From Ramazzottius varieornatus (Eukaryota; Animalia; Tardigrada): DNA of 64,000 nucleotides. Below the pieces are notes generated by a model. It had not been told where the DNA came from, made no database searches, and saw only the letters and a program-made list of their open reading frames with translations. Positions 11,938 through 25,511 of this stretch are shown in pieces; within the stretch, counting starts at the first letter, position 1; every line of letters begins with the position of its first letter. The DNA is taken from the NCBI GenBank assembly GCA_001949185.1, contig BDGG01000015.1, positions 253,036-317,035 on the forward strand. The letters run 5' to 3'. The position numbers and the translations under genes are program-made.

Positions 11938-13632
11938 TCCTCGAGCAGTCAGGCCACCCTTTGCTTTCGTTTCCAGCTCTTACAATGGTGTGTTGCAGAG
12001 TTTACGCCGCATGGAACGTACACGTACTGAACGGAACTGTAACTCTTCCTGACCGGAAGTCATACCAGTCGAGTATCTCAAGCTGTGTTTGAGCAAACCG
12101 AAACGAGCCATGATTCAGTCAAAACCGCTTGAAAATTTGTGCGATTGGCGTGGTAGGGATGAGTGGGAGAGGAGCAAGCTGGACTTTTTACGTTGAAATG
12201 CCAGGTGGTAGCGATTCGGCGTATACGGGGTGTATTGCCGTAGACGGTCCATCGTTCAGCAATTACCGCTATAACTCTTCGGAGGCCGGATCGGCAGTGT
12301 AATTAAATACCTACTGTATGAAGCCTGATGTATCAAGTGCTACTGTCCGCTAAATTAACGTCGATGGAAAATACAAAAGAAAACTACAAAAGAAAATTTT
12401 CACAGAGAGGCTGTAGGGCGATTCTGGACCACCCAAAAATAACAAATCGTAGATTTGGAGTACACCGCACTAGGGGATCCTGGTAGTTAGTAGCAAAATG
12501 TACTATGAGTCCACCAAATTCAACATCTGTGCGCATCACGCGTGCATTTCAGCCAATCAATCAATCAAAGAATGTATTTGATTGCATGATTGATGAAATA
12601 AGCGTTGAGTTTTCTCTTCGATTCATTGCTTGAATTTTTGAAGGCTCGAGCGATCACTATTCGGTTGATTGTTTGATTGACTTTCATTGATTTCTGATGA
12701 TCCGGTGCACCCGCATTGATGATTGCTGGGACCGACTCGGTTCGGTCTAAGTCTTATGTTGCATTCGTAGCTGTCTGATTCTCTCGTTTGGCCCTGTCGT
12801 CCAACCAACTTTTTCGAAACTGGAACTGTTCCTGCCACATCCTTCCGATCTCATTCCGCTCAACCCGGTGTTGGCAAAATTATGGTGTTCAGATATCGTC
12901 GGTTAAAAGAAAGATTCATCTTTCACAAAATATTGTTTGGGGTCTTTCTACACGCTGAATCATCAGCGCTTTCACTAAAATAAGCACCATGTCGTGAAAC
13001 AGATTTCTGACGCTGTCCAAGATACTTGGCCATGCTTTGCCACCATAGCGAAACTTAAGAGGGCAGGTGACTTCTCCAGTGCTTGTGGCTCGAACAGTGG
13101 AGATTCTACGAACACGTGTGCTAAACTTCACAAGGGAAAAACGGAAGAACAACAAGCATGTTCTTGGTTCTGTTCTGGTGATGAAAGCGTTAGATCTTCG
13201 GCCCAAGATTGTGCAGCTTGATCAGCTGTCAAAGCTAAAGCTGTCACGCTTTCCTACCAGCATCGAGCGATCTAAAGCATCCTCTAATGCAGAAGCCGTT
13301 CAGTAAGAGCAAAGATATTCAGCGCAGCAAAGTCTGGTAGTGGGGATAAACGGTTTCCAGAATAGGGTTTGGATATGTTCACATGTCAAAAAAGTTCCAG
13401 GATCAACAAGATCAGGGATGAGAGTCGAGGAAAGTGGGCGAAAGGTGCAGGAAGCTAATGGGTCGGTTGTCGAAGCTAACCGGATCATTCAAACAGCGAT
13501 GAAGTTTTATGATCAGCAACTCGCAGAAGTTTCCAAGTCCAAAATTGTGCGCGTGCGTCACCAACCTGGATACCGGCGCACACCCTGCGCTCGACCACAT
13601 ATGCGCCGGTTGAGATAAGTGTACTCCAGGTA

Positions 13633-15555
13633 CAGTGTACGCCAATATGGTCACCGGAAACTGGGCGGAGTTTTTGGGCGTTAACCACAACGCCGACAAC
13701 CAATGAACAACAGTCAACTGCTGGATTTATTTATTTTACAATGAGCAGAACACTAACAGTAAAACAGAGACGTATACCATAAAACAGGAAATCTCATGAG
13801 GTAAAACACGAAAGATAACCGAAAATGAAATTATGAGTTCAGTAAGGGATGCGAGCTCCGGAGTTGTTGATACACTCAGTCATTCTGCTGTACATCGAGC
13901 TCACCAGGTTGCTGCAGTACTCGGGAGTAACAATTACCTTCCATGCTTCCTGAATTAGAGTGTCAGGCTCCTCAAGATCTTTCGGTCTTCGGTCGCAGAT
14001 ATACATATTCATTTTTCCCCAGACATTCTCGATTACATTGAGGTCTGGCGATCTAGACGGCCATGTTAACACCTAAAAGAAGTACGAAAAATTTATGTAC
14101 TTATGTTTATCCAAAAACAAGATATATTGTGTAACATGGGCGTATCAGATAAAAAGCACTATTGTTTTACGAGAAACAAACGTTGAATGAGTCCGCTCAT
14201 CCGCCTTCGCGCCTAACACCCTTCCGCAATGTTTTCGCTCGATTCAACAACCGATTGGTCTGCTATAGTAAACTTAAAAATTGAAAACAGAAATATATAT
14301 GCAGAAATATTAAAATGAAAAGCGTACTTCTATTCCTTCTCGCGAAAAAAATATTGACCCATCCGTCTAGAGGTGTCTTGCTGGAACACCAAATCCCGAC
14401 CATGCTTCTCAAGATACGGAAGTAGTCGCTCGAACAAAACGTCTTCGTAGGCTATTCCACCGTCAACTCGAATTAACGCTACAGGTCCACATGCTGTGAT
14501 GGCACCCCACAGCATTATCCCGCCTTTAATGCGCGTACCTACGGCGACTTGCAAGTCTTTATCGTGACGGTTTTCCTCTTTCAAGTACCAGCACTACAAC
14601 AATAAGTGATAAGTATATCGAATTTATCAGATTCATTAAACGCGTTAACGTGTTAAATTTAACAGGCACCTTGCGTTTTCGACGAAAGCCTTAAACAATT
14701 GACCAAGCAATTGAAAAATGGTTCCGAATGACAAACTTGCTTCTCGAAGATCTTAATATTTCGAGAGCGGAGATTCATGAATTCAGAAGGTTAATATTAT
14801 TTACCTCGATCTTACCACCGTGCAAGTTGAAACGAACTTCGTCACTAAAAACCACATCATGGAACAGGGTGGGGTTTTCCAGGAGTTGTTCACGCTGGAA
14901 CAGGCACCAGAACACCCAGTTGTCTTTGTGCTCCTGGGTCAACTCGTCGAGAACAGCTTTGGATCGACGAGTCTTAAACTCACGAAGCCGATTCAGCAAC
15001 GTCCGGTGGGCGAGTCCAGCTTCGACGGCGATCTTGGCCACACTCAGCTCCCGCTTTGCCTGAACAAGCCCAAGCATTTCGGCGTCCTGCTCCCCGCTCG
15101 TGATACGAGGTCGTCCCTTGGGTTTCACCACTTTCCGCTTCTTGGTTTCGGGATCATAATTCTCGATGACGTTCTTCACCCACTTGTGGTCTTTTCCCAT
15201 CACACGCCCAACAGCACTCAGATTCTTGTTTTCCTCTGAAAACAACTTAAAAACAACGCTGACAAGGGTTGGGTCCACTGGTATACCACGAACCATCTTG
15301 ACTTCACGAGAAGATCTCAGAATTTGCGACCGAAAGGATCTGGAGCTGAAAGGATCGCTCGGTAATACAGCTCAGTATATCGCACTACCGGCTGTTGCGC
15401 AACAGGTTCATTAGCAATCAGCTGTGCCTATTTACGTTTAATCAACCATGTCTAATCAACTAGATCGCTTTTCCTGGTTTTTAACTGGTCGTCTGCGGCT
15501 TGGCTGACGCCCAAAAACTCCGCCCAGTTTCGGGTGACCATATTGGCGTACACTG
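13633..15555 (-). mobile_element. Tc1-family DNA transposon, full length, TA TSD
   Basis: ~49-bp TIRs CAGTGTACGCCAATATGGTCACC(G/C)GAAACTGGGCGGAGTTTTTGGGCGT at 13633-13681 and 15507-15555. TA at 13631 and 15556. Confidence 0.95.
13839..15296 (-). pseudogene. Tc1 transposase with two introns, inactivated
   Basis: Exons 15296-14805 (HTH, GRPR, VVFSDEVRF), 14593-~14328 (GGIMLWGAI, FQQD) and 14072-13839 (WPSRSPDLNVIENVW). The NAPxH after QQD is missing, and a frameshift in a poly-T run gives an early TAG. Confidence 0.85.
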
Positions 15556-15837
15556 TACCTGTCCGGCGCAAACGGAAGTACGGAATACACTTCGGTCATT
15601 ACTTTGCTGCGTACTCCTTTTTTCTTGGGTTCTGACCGGCGTTCTGACCGGCGCTAGCGTACTCAAAATCCAGAGTTTTATTGTCCGCATTCATTTAGGG
15701 TGTTCCGTAAGGTAAATTACGCAAATCCAAACACAGAAACTTGCTCAGACAAACTAAAACAATTTTCACCGGTAATTAGCAACATAAGGCCACTTCTGGA
15801 ACTTTTATATCGTACACGGGAAGAAAATAAGCCAAGC

Positions 15838-18806
15838 TCAAGATTCATCCCGTAAAGTATGCTCTGCAATAGCTAGCGAGCCAATATTAGCCGTCGTAAA
15901 ATCCCGATCCCCATCATCGTCACTATCACGAGAAGACCTATGGCGCGTATGGTGTCGCGAATGGTGCCATACCGGCATGGACACCATGGTACTCGACTGT
16001 TGCCCATGGAAGCCCGTTCTTCCGCGTTGAGCACTCTCGTACAGGTCTTTCTGCATCACAGCCAAGGAGACTTTGGTGGCTTGTAGGAACTCTCTGACGT
16101 CAATGATCTCGTCAGAGTACACCGAGTCACGGCGATCATCAACCACACCATTGACGGCTACACTTTCCTTTCGTCGTATGATGGTGGACTGACGTCGGAG
16201 ACCGGGGATAATGGCGTTGCGCCGTTGTGGACCGTTAAGGACCTTGTGTGCGTTGAAGGGGAAGCGACACCGGCATGTGCAACGTTGGTCCAGCTTCTTG
16301 ATGAGGAAATTCAAGCCGTGCTTTATAATGATGGATATGACGTTGAAGAGACTGTACAGGCTGGAAGTACCCACAATGATGATCACCACATTGCAGATAC
16401 GGTACAGAATATCGGCGACCCCGTAACTCTCCTCTGCAAAGGGAACCTCTAATCAAAACGTATGGCCCTAGACCGATACCGAAATAGCAACATAAAATAC
16501 TGTGTGCAGTTTTTAACGTCACTCTAGCACGAGAAAAAAGACTTGGCTTTTTTACAGGCAGGTTGCTACATTGTTTAGTATGTTGAAATGGTTAGAATTC
16601 ATTTAGAGTACGAGGCTCGAAAATTGCATGACCGAGCTTTTCACGTACACGAACATGTGCACTTCTTCTGCGGTACTTTATAACTGTGCAAGCACTACTA
16701 AGTCTTGTGGTTGAGAAAACTTTGCTTACGGACTGCTGTGACGAAGTCTCCGAAGCCGATGGTGGCGAAGCATATCTGCATTCAAGGAGGGCCATTCAAG
16801 CGTTTCGACAATATAAATTTATGTAAAGACCTTGGCTCAACTGTCAACAGTCAGGGCTCAGGCGAGGCTTTGGAAGTAAATGATATTTGCCTTACAAATG
16901 AGAAGTATAGAGCCGTGAAGTAATCCCAAGCTTCCATTTTGGCGAAGAGGGCACTACTGCTTAATATGATGGTGGTCACGAGGCAGAACAGGCACACCAT
17001 CACCCAGTACACCGAGGGCTTCCAGTTCTCCAACGAGTCGGAAATGCTGCTGGAAGCTGTGGAAACCCGTCTGGACTGGGCAGCGGCTGCGGATTTCAGT
17101 CCGGACTCAAGCACAGCTAGAACGAAGGACAGATCAGAAGTCACACAAGCCGTAACGCTGGTATCCCTTTCGAGGGACGAACTGTCTTTTCCGTAATTCA
17201 CAACGGGCAAAGACTACCATAAATGTCCCTCTCTTGCCATTTTACTACGAGCTTTACACTGTTGTGACGCTCATTGGTCAGTCGTTGAAGGCGCTTCTGA
17301 ATAAGTTTCAGTTACCTTTTCTTCGTTGTTTGTGTTCGTGGAATGCCCGAAGAACCAACGCTAAGAGCGTTATGATCCTCTCCAGAAATAAGTTATAGAA
17401 AAGAATGAAAGCTGAACATCCTAAAAGTCCGTAGACAATCATCAAGGCCCGACCGGCAGTTGTAGAGGGCGTGACGTGTCCGAAACCTTGAAGTATTCAA
17501 ATAAAGGTTATCACAGCTATCTGTACTCGTGAACGTTTCTTTCTTGTTCCTCAATTAACGGTGAGGTTCTACCCTTCTTGCAAGACAGACGTGTGACAAA
17601 ATTCGCTGTTGAAAAACTTAAGTCAGGGGCAGTATTTTCAGGTGGAAGGGATTCTGAAATTTTTGTCGGGTGTTTGCTGATGTGAGAATGACGCTACTAA
17701 CCGTCACGCTTGACATCCTCACCCCACTTTCACCACTCAAGTATGTCTGGGTGAAGGGCGACGGAAGAAAAAGGTTTCATCTTGCCACAAGATGTCTTGG
17801 GTATGACAAACTGCTTTTTAATGTGTTGCCAGCTTCCAAACCTATTAGTCCGGCTGTGGTTACGCTAATGGAATTACGTTTTTCATCTTCCTCACCCAGC
17901 CCTCGGTACACAGCTTGGGTTCCCAACAAGGAAGTGGTAGCAGAAACACAGACGGCCCAAAGGAAGCACATCCTTTTGCATCCCTCGGGACCGTCTGCGT
18001 ACCAAGTCAAGCATCACCAACCACAAACAATCATCCCTGTTCTCGTATGAAACCCTCTTGAATTTATTTCGCATATTCATTCGCCACTTGTAATTGCTCC
18101 TTCCGATAGAGGTCGACTGACGAACCATTCTAATTCATGTGTTATGACTATCGTCACAAGTGACGCACTTCAAGCTGCATAATTACAGTCAGCTTGCGTC
18201 ACTTTGGAGAGTACGAACCGTATTACGAAATCCGATTAGTTATGACGGAAAGGTCTTACCAATGGTGGCACAGGCGGTAAAGGCTAAGTAGAAACTTTGA
18301 TATAAATCCACTTTTGGTCGTGTTTGAAAGGGTAGATAGGAAAGACTGCTGGAGGCCACTAATCCGTCGAGATCTTCCTGCTCGATGGTGTCCGCGTACT
18401 TTTCGGTAAAGTTGGACCAAAACTCTGCATAATGCCGACGCTTTTCATCGTCCTGCCCAACAAAAGAGCGGACCATAAAGCGACATATTTTTAATATCAG
18501 ATATGTCGCTGGAAAATCGATTAAGTTTGACTTTCATCGAAGTGCACACAAACGACGTACCTGATTAGCTTCCAGAAAGTAAAACAGGAAAGTCCCACAA
18601 CACAAATAGACTGCCAGAATTATCACTGTAAAGAGCAACGTGTCTCGTCTGGGTTCTGCCAAAGAGCCTCCTCTTGATTAGGAGTGACAATGTTACGACA
18701 ATCGATCCTTACCAAGCAGGAAGAACCGCGCATTGTCTTCGCTGATGTAGAACCGATGACGATGGCCGTGATGTTGGTGACGGGGAACGTGGTCGGGAAG
18801 TGCCAT
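15838..18806 (-). CDS. KCNK13: Two-pore-domain K+ channel, THIK subfamily (KCNK12/13-like)
   Basis: Exons give MALPDH...ISEDNARFFLL, TACATIG|FGHVTPSTTAGRALMIVYGLLGCSAFILFYNLFLERIIT, WKPSVYWVM, FATIGFGDFV, YSLFNVISIIIK and GSLAI. Both GFG pore loops and the THIK-diagnostic EDNARF/WKPSVY motifs are present. Confidence 0.9.
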
Positions 18807-19848
18807 TCCTAGTCGGTAAGTTCAAGGTCGAGTAGTCTGAAGGCACGATCAGATGAGACCTCGACCTTCTGCCGTGTTTCTCGACGAAAGAAAGCTCCAC
18901 ATGGTGAAGGAGGGAAAGTGGAAAATCCAGGAAACAAAAGTTTCAGAGAAACAAGGAAGTTTCTTGGCTTGATCAAGCAATCAAACCCCAAGCCGCAATT
19001 AATGATAAGCAAAACGCTTTTAAGGATCGATTTGGTCGAAGGGAACACATGTTAATATTCTGGAAATTATTCCTGCATACTGGTTAATACCGTCATGGGA
19101 AGAAAGACCCTTGAGGAGGAAACTTCAAGTTCATTTCAGGAATAGCTCGAGAAGAGAAAGACAGATGGTTGACAAGTTAGTGTGGTGAGCGCCGAGGGAA
19201 AGGCGAGAAGAAACGAGTGCGTACTCAAGACGACGGCCTAACACATGTCGGCAGATTCTGGCGTCGATTGTCAAGAATACAACTGGCCTCGAGCGCCAAT
19301 CCCGACATTTGTTCTTTACCAGACTGCAGGGGAACGACGGAAGAGAAGCAGCGACGGGACTGGAAGAACACAACAGTAGTGAACAAGGGCAAGCCAATAA
19401 GAGGCTCTCAGTTAAAGTCCGACTTCCTTCCTCTGCTTTCTTTCCACCCACAGCCTTATCACTTCCTTCCAGGCATTTTACCCCGTTCCGACTTTGGCTA
19501 GCGCGGGATAATCCAACCGCTTCCTGCTACCGAAGCTAACGAATGTTGCCTGACACGCGAAGCCATAAGGCCCAATCAGTCCGACAATAAATTTTGTTCT
19601 ACAACAAGGAGAAAATATTTTCCTCGAACCGGAAATGAAAACGTCGTAGCTTTAACCATCCGAAATTATTTCAGGCTCGTTCCTGTATCCTTGCTACAAG
19701 GCCAACAACTGCAACGGGTAAAAAGCACTCGAGATCCTAAGGAAGAAAATCAAGCAAAGAAAGCTTTAAAAAATTTACGAACCCGGAAGTAAACCAATCT
19801 GGAAAAGTTTTCGGCAAAATATTCTGCAAAAAGGGAACTAGGGGGCTT

Positions 19849-21227
19849 TCAGATTTCTTGCAGTATGTCATCCTCAGGGTAGTCACCAACTTCAACATGT
19901 TCTGGTCGGACAAAAGCGCCGTATTTCGGCGGACATTCAAAATATCTCTTTCCATCCACACTAGGATAGAAAGTAATTTAAGAAAGGTATTTGGCAGTTT
20001 GGTGAATCCATTTTGGGTTACCTTCCGTCATGCTTCCCAAGCGGTTCGTCGTACTTTACACCGACCCAGAGTCCTGGCTTGAAGCTTGCTGTCCCTTTGT
20101 ACATGACAGTACCCTTCTTGTGAGGTTGTCCGACTACAGTAACGAGACATCGGTTGCCCACTTGCATGGCGTCAGTCTTATGTTGCGCTTCCGCTTCTTT
20201 CTTGGCTTCCTCCTCCTTCAGCTCCTTCTGCTTCTCCTCGTCGAACTGACCCATCTTGTTTCGCTGCTTGAAAGCCCGGAGAGATTCTACGAGGCAGACG
20301 AGCATCTTCATTAATGCGTATTTGAATAGCAAAGTTGGGAAAACAGATCGATGGTGATTGCTCATGTTCCACATCGAACTCTCATCGACATTCCCTTTTC
20401 GACATTCCGTGTTTGCCCAACCTTATTCATCAAGTCTAATGTAACACAAACAATGACATGGAGGAATTACCACCAGATTATTCTCACCTGAACGATCGGC
20501 GTAGGCCTCATCACTCAGCTCGAACCTGATGAGGAAAGGAAAACATCAGTGTAGGGAGAATCCACTTCCGCAAACACAAGGTGCCCATGCCTCGACCACT
20601 TGCGTACTGGCCCAACTTGACACAAACGATTCCACAGTATGCAGGTGGGCGAAAGAAAGTGCATCCTGCCCGCAAAGGCGCAAACAGCGTCAAATATATT
20701 TACCGATCGTCAATGCAACCACAAGACTACACCCTGTGATGCACCAGCACAATATGCGAAAATCAATCAAGCAAACTATAATATATTTTCGCTCACTTTT
20801 TGACATTGGACAAATCTTCAAATTCTCCAACGCGTACGGAAGGATCCGTTACCTTCAAACACAGCACATACGTATAATTCATCCACAAAGATTCAAAGGA
20901 ATGTATCAAAGACGAACCTTTATCGTCATGCCGTTCTGGATTCCAGCTTGTTGGAGAGTTGCGCCGTCGTTTGACAGTGCGCCGACCAGTGTGCCATCTT
21001 TCTTCAGTAAAGTCAGCTGCATCGACGAAGGAGACGCCCCCGTTAAGCCTTCCAGTAGGTTCTGGAATCACGTATGAGAAAGTAGGCGGACGGAAACTAG
21101 TTACAGCGAAACATACCTTCAATTGCCCAATGGTGTGATCAGAAGCAAACCGGCGCTCGGTGGAGAATGAGTTGAAGGCAGTGGTAATCAGCACGTTCAC
21201 CATCGGTGCCGCGGCTCCGGCTTCCAT
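19849..21227 (-). CDS. TBCB: Tubulin-folding cofactor B (Ubl + CAP-Gly)
   Basis: N-terminal Ubl ([14 protein letters not shown]), [11 protein letters not shown], and CAP-Gly [37 protein letters not shown]...[12 protein letters not shown]. Confidence 0.93.
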
Positions 21228-22181
21228 AGCTTCTATAAGTCTCACTCTCTGGTAGGAGGAACAAGAGCTAAGCTCGAGACATCCAAATCTGGAAGCAGAA
21301 TGCTACCCGAACTCGACGAAGAGTTTTGTCAGAAATCAACAGTCATAGTTCACGATTAATCAAGCAAATTAATCAACTGATTCAACTCGGGTCGGCTTCA
21401 CCCTGCGCCGGGTGTTCCGTAAAAGCTACCGGCCTCCAGCCTCCTAGGGCGAACTGGCGAAGCTTTCGTCCAAAGGGGATTCCCCTGGAAATTTTTGGCT
21501 CTTGTTCGCGTTCCTATCTTCATTCTTCAGCAATTCAGCAGCTGTCGCCGACGTTCCTTCTGGAAGCTCGATAGTGCTGCCGGACAGCCCGGACTTGATG
21601 TTGAAATTCACCTGCTGAGTTTATTCTCCACCGCTCTTCTTCTAAGGTAGGCTTTCGGTCTACAGTAGGTCGTGGCAATCATGCTTAAAAGTTACTATTT
21701 TGGTTTAGGTTCCAAGAGGCCTTCTAAAGGAAAAAGTAAGGCGCAGACGGCTGATCCACCAATAGAGAAGCTCCGAGATGTTGTCGATCCTCAGTCGACT
21801 GGCGCATTGCCGTTCGCCGATGTTATGACGAAGGCCTCTAATCCAGCAGCTAACTTTGGGGTGAGCAGTGATACATCAGCGGCGACGGACTGGTTGGACG
21901 ACCTCTCGATAGTCTCCGCACCAATGAGACCACTCCGTCCTCTTCTGGAGGAATTTTCTCAAGCTACGAGAAAAGACATGAATCTGATAAAACTTGAATT
22001 CATCATTCGAAGAAGTTCTGTAACTTAGTTGATTATTTTGTGTGGATCGCTTTGCAGGTGGGGACATTCAGGAGACTGCTCGTCCTCGTCTGTCAAGAAC
22101 GCTAGGAAGGCTTAAGAAGCTGAACTGGAAAGCGGTAGCTGCGGGCATTTTCCGCCTTCCAGATCCACCCAGGATCCAAGT

Positions 22182-24414
22182 ACTGCCGCTTTAGTCGTTG
22201 ACAACGGATCGGGTATGTGCAAAGCTGGCTTTGCTGGAGAAAACACACCTCGCGTCGTCTTCCCCTCCGTCGCCGGACGTCCCCGTCATCAGGTACTGTT
22301 TGAAATGTAAAAACAAGAAAAGCCTCTGTCCAGGAATCTTGAATCGAATCTTGAACGAAAGGATGCTACCTGAAGGATTCGAGTCGACGGTTTCTGGTTG
22401 TAGGATATGATGGTGGCTTTGGATAAGAAGGATTCCTACGTTGAAGATGAAGCCCGAAGCAAGCGAAGTGTCCTGAAACTGAAGTACCCCATCGAGCACG
22501 GCATCATCACAGACTGGGATGACATGGAGAAGATCTGGCATACGCCTTCCACGAACCCCGAGTGGTCCCTGGAGAACGCCCCGTCCTCCTCACTGAAGCT
22601 CTTCTCGGTCCCAAAGCTAATAGAGAGAACACGACGCAGGTATGCTAGAATAGTGTTATTTGAACATTAAACGCTTCTGGAAAGCTTGAATATTTTTTCT
22701 GAATGTCGTAACTTGGATGGGGAAGTTAGAAAGCAAAAGTGCGCCAGTCGACACGAACCTGGATACACAGTTTGTGCGCAGGCTACAGGGTCTTGGTATG
22801 TAGATTTGTGAAAGTGAGCGCGTTGTGCTTGTCGACCGCGCGAATGAAGTTGGAATGGCTCTCTGATGGGATTCAGTATTGGGCCTTCACAGTTCTTGAC
22901 ATCTAGGTTTTGTTTTTTGGTTACAGGTTATGTTCGAGACGTTCAACACAGTCTGTCCCCATCTACGAAGGTTGGTCTTTGTCTCGCTCCGGTCGAACAG
23001 AAGGGATCCTCGGAAAACAAACACAGACAAAATCGTTTTCACAAGTGGCGCACGTTCTAGTCAGTAACACAAATACCCTGCGCCACTTGGGTAAACAATC
23101 GGGTCCCGTTTCCAAGTGCCGCACGCTTTCAGCTAATAACACTGGTTACGTCCGCCGCTTGGCAAACAATCTTGGTGAGTTTGTTTGCCGAGCCCTGAAT
23201 GAAAATAGTGGATAACCTTCAGAATGAAACAGAAAAATACTGAAGTAAGAATATTGCTGTCTGCAGGTTATGCTTTGCCATACGCCATCACTCGTCTGGA
23301 TCTGACTGGTCGTGACTTGACTGACTACTTGATGAAGCTCTTGATTGAGCGTGGTTACAGCTTCGTGACGACCGGTACGGTCACCTTACCTCTTTCGGAT
23401 TATGATGCGCAGTGTGGTCGACATTTCCTGATTACAGCTGAACACGAATTTGTCCGTGGGATCAAAGAAACGCTCTGCTACGTCGCTCTGGACCTCGAGC
23501 AGGAAGTGGCCACCGCTGCTGCCTCGACTTTGTTGGAAAAGAACTATAGACTGCCCGATGGCCAACTCATCACCATCGGTGACGAACGCTTTCGATGCCC
23601 CGAAGCCCTCTTCCGGCCCAGCTTGGTCGGGACGCGGTTTCAGCTGGATTTAGACGCTACCGAGTTCTTCAGCTGGTTTTTCTCGGCGGTTTGAATTTGT
23701 CTTTCTTTCACGAAAATGACAGGGCCGACCAGTGCACAAACTTGTTTGAAGTTTTCTTGGGTATCTCGTACAAAATGAGCCCAATGGTTGTCTCGGCTGA
23801 CCACCTGGGTGAGATCGATTTCTCAAATGGCGCACTTTTCCAGCAAATAACACTGAAGATTTGCGCCACTTGCGCCTGATAACAGCGGTGACCTGCGCCA
23901 CTTAGGAGAACTATCGTTTCACTTTTTCAAGTGGCGCACGCTTTCAGTCAAGAACCCTGTAACAGTGCGCCACTTGGAAGATGATCGTGCTGAGTTTGTT
24001 TGTCACGATCCCAAAAATCTGGCACGTCTGGTCAGATTTGTATCAGTTTGTTACTGGGGAGCAGAGCCATCGATGACAAGCCAATTTGTTCTTTACAGGG
24101 GAAAAATCTTACGGCGCCCATCAGGTGCGACTCGGTCATAAAGTGCGGCACGGACATCCAGAAGGAGTTATACGCCAACACTGTCCTGTCTGGAGGCCCT
24201 ACCATCTTCCCCGGGTTCGCTGATCAGCTGCAGAAGGAAATCACCGCGCTGGCTCCTACTATGGGTATCACGATTAACGCTCCTCGAGCGAAAGAACTCT
24301 GCTTGGATCGGTGGCTCTGTCCTGGCTTCGCTGTCAACCTTCCAGCAGATGTGGATTTCCAAGGCCGAGTACGACAAAAGTGGCTCTTCCATTGTCCACC
24401 GCAAGTGCTTCTAA
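22182..24414 (+). pseudogene. Intron-retaining actin pseudogene
   Basis: [71 protein letters not shown] and [15 protein letters not shown]. No start Met, frameshifts near 22542 and ~24290, and a deletion between MFETFNT and PIYEG. Confidence 0.88.
23009..23197. repeat. Hairpin MITE family copy, actin pseudogene intron
   Basis: CTCGGAAAACAAAC...AAGTGGCGCACG...TGCGCCACTTGG...GTTTGTTTGCCGAGCCCTG. Confidence 0.75.
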
Positions 24415-25511
24415 AGGATGTCAGCTGTTTCTTCTGTTGGTCACGAATCTAGTCACGCTTTTGACATCTTTTCTGCAGCTCGTTCAGTTTGAAAGTCATG
24501 ATCTCAAGGCTCCCAGTTTTTACTTTCGGTGTTCGGATCTCTTTCAAAGAGCGATAGTACTAGTTTTATGGTTTTACAGATGATTTTATCAGTCTAACTA
24601 CAAAATCTTTTCTTTCGCTAACCTGCATGCAGTTCCTGCCTTCTGAAGAAGTTTTTCAAACCAAGGTAAAAAGTGATACCGTTTTACATGTCAAAATAAT
24701 GAAAGAAATTACTGTTCTGATAGACGGAGACTCGAGAAACAAAGTTTCACTTCGTTTATTGACAAGCTGCTCCATGACGGTGTTGATTGGGAAAGAAATC
24801 GAAGCGAGATCTCGTAAGAATGTGCCGATTTGACATGTTGCGTTGCGCAGGTCGTGGAGGCACAAGCAGCTTAACCACGTTCATCAACTTCTGCCGGAAG
24901 CTTGAACCGCGAAGTGCCATGCGAATGACGGGGACTACCGGAAATGTGTCCCAGCGGCGTTAGCAGGAAGTCAGTCTCCACTGCAGGAAACGGAGAACCC
25001 GTGGTCTCTAGACCGTTGATGAGCAGTCCTCCCGTCCGAGCCTTTGGTTTCCCCCGCGTGTTTCTCTGGGCTGCATTGCCTTACGGCATACTTCCGGATA
25101 TCGGGATTGTGAAGTTGGTTTCTTGTACAAAGAGGCGGTGGATAGCAACCTCAGGTTTGGTTTGGGCAGGCAGTTCAGGACAGTGTTGGTCTTCTGGATC
25201 TCCTTTGAAGCCCAGGCGAAAATCCAAAAGCTCGTCCACCTGTTACCCGTCATGGCGTCACGGTTACGTCATCCACCTGTTTACGTTTTTGCACTGACTT
25301 GACATATTTCCAGAGTCAGACTTTCGCTCGTAGTCTTCGTTCCTACAGTACAGAGCTCTGTGACTTCCGTCGGAATGCGTCCTGTTAAGGCTGTTTTTGT
25401 TCACTGTCAGATCTTCCCGAACGTCCAGATCGATTTCTGGACACTAAACATCAACATCGTTTGCCCCAGGTGACTTGTTTCTAGTTTCACACGTCGCGCC
25501 TGGTCTCGAAC

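Noticed and set aside
12900-13630. Coding-like sequence interrupted by the Tc1
   Set aside because: Multiple stops and no recognisable family; cannot be called.
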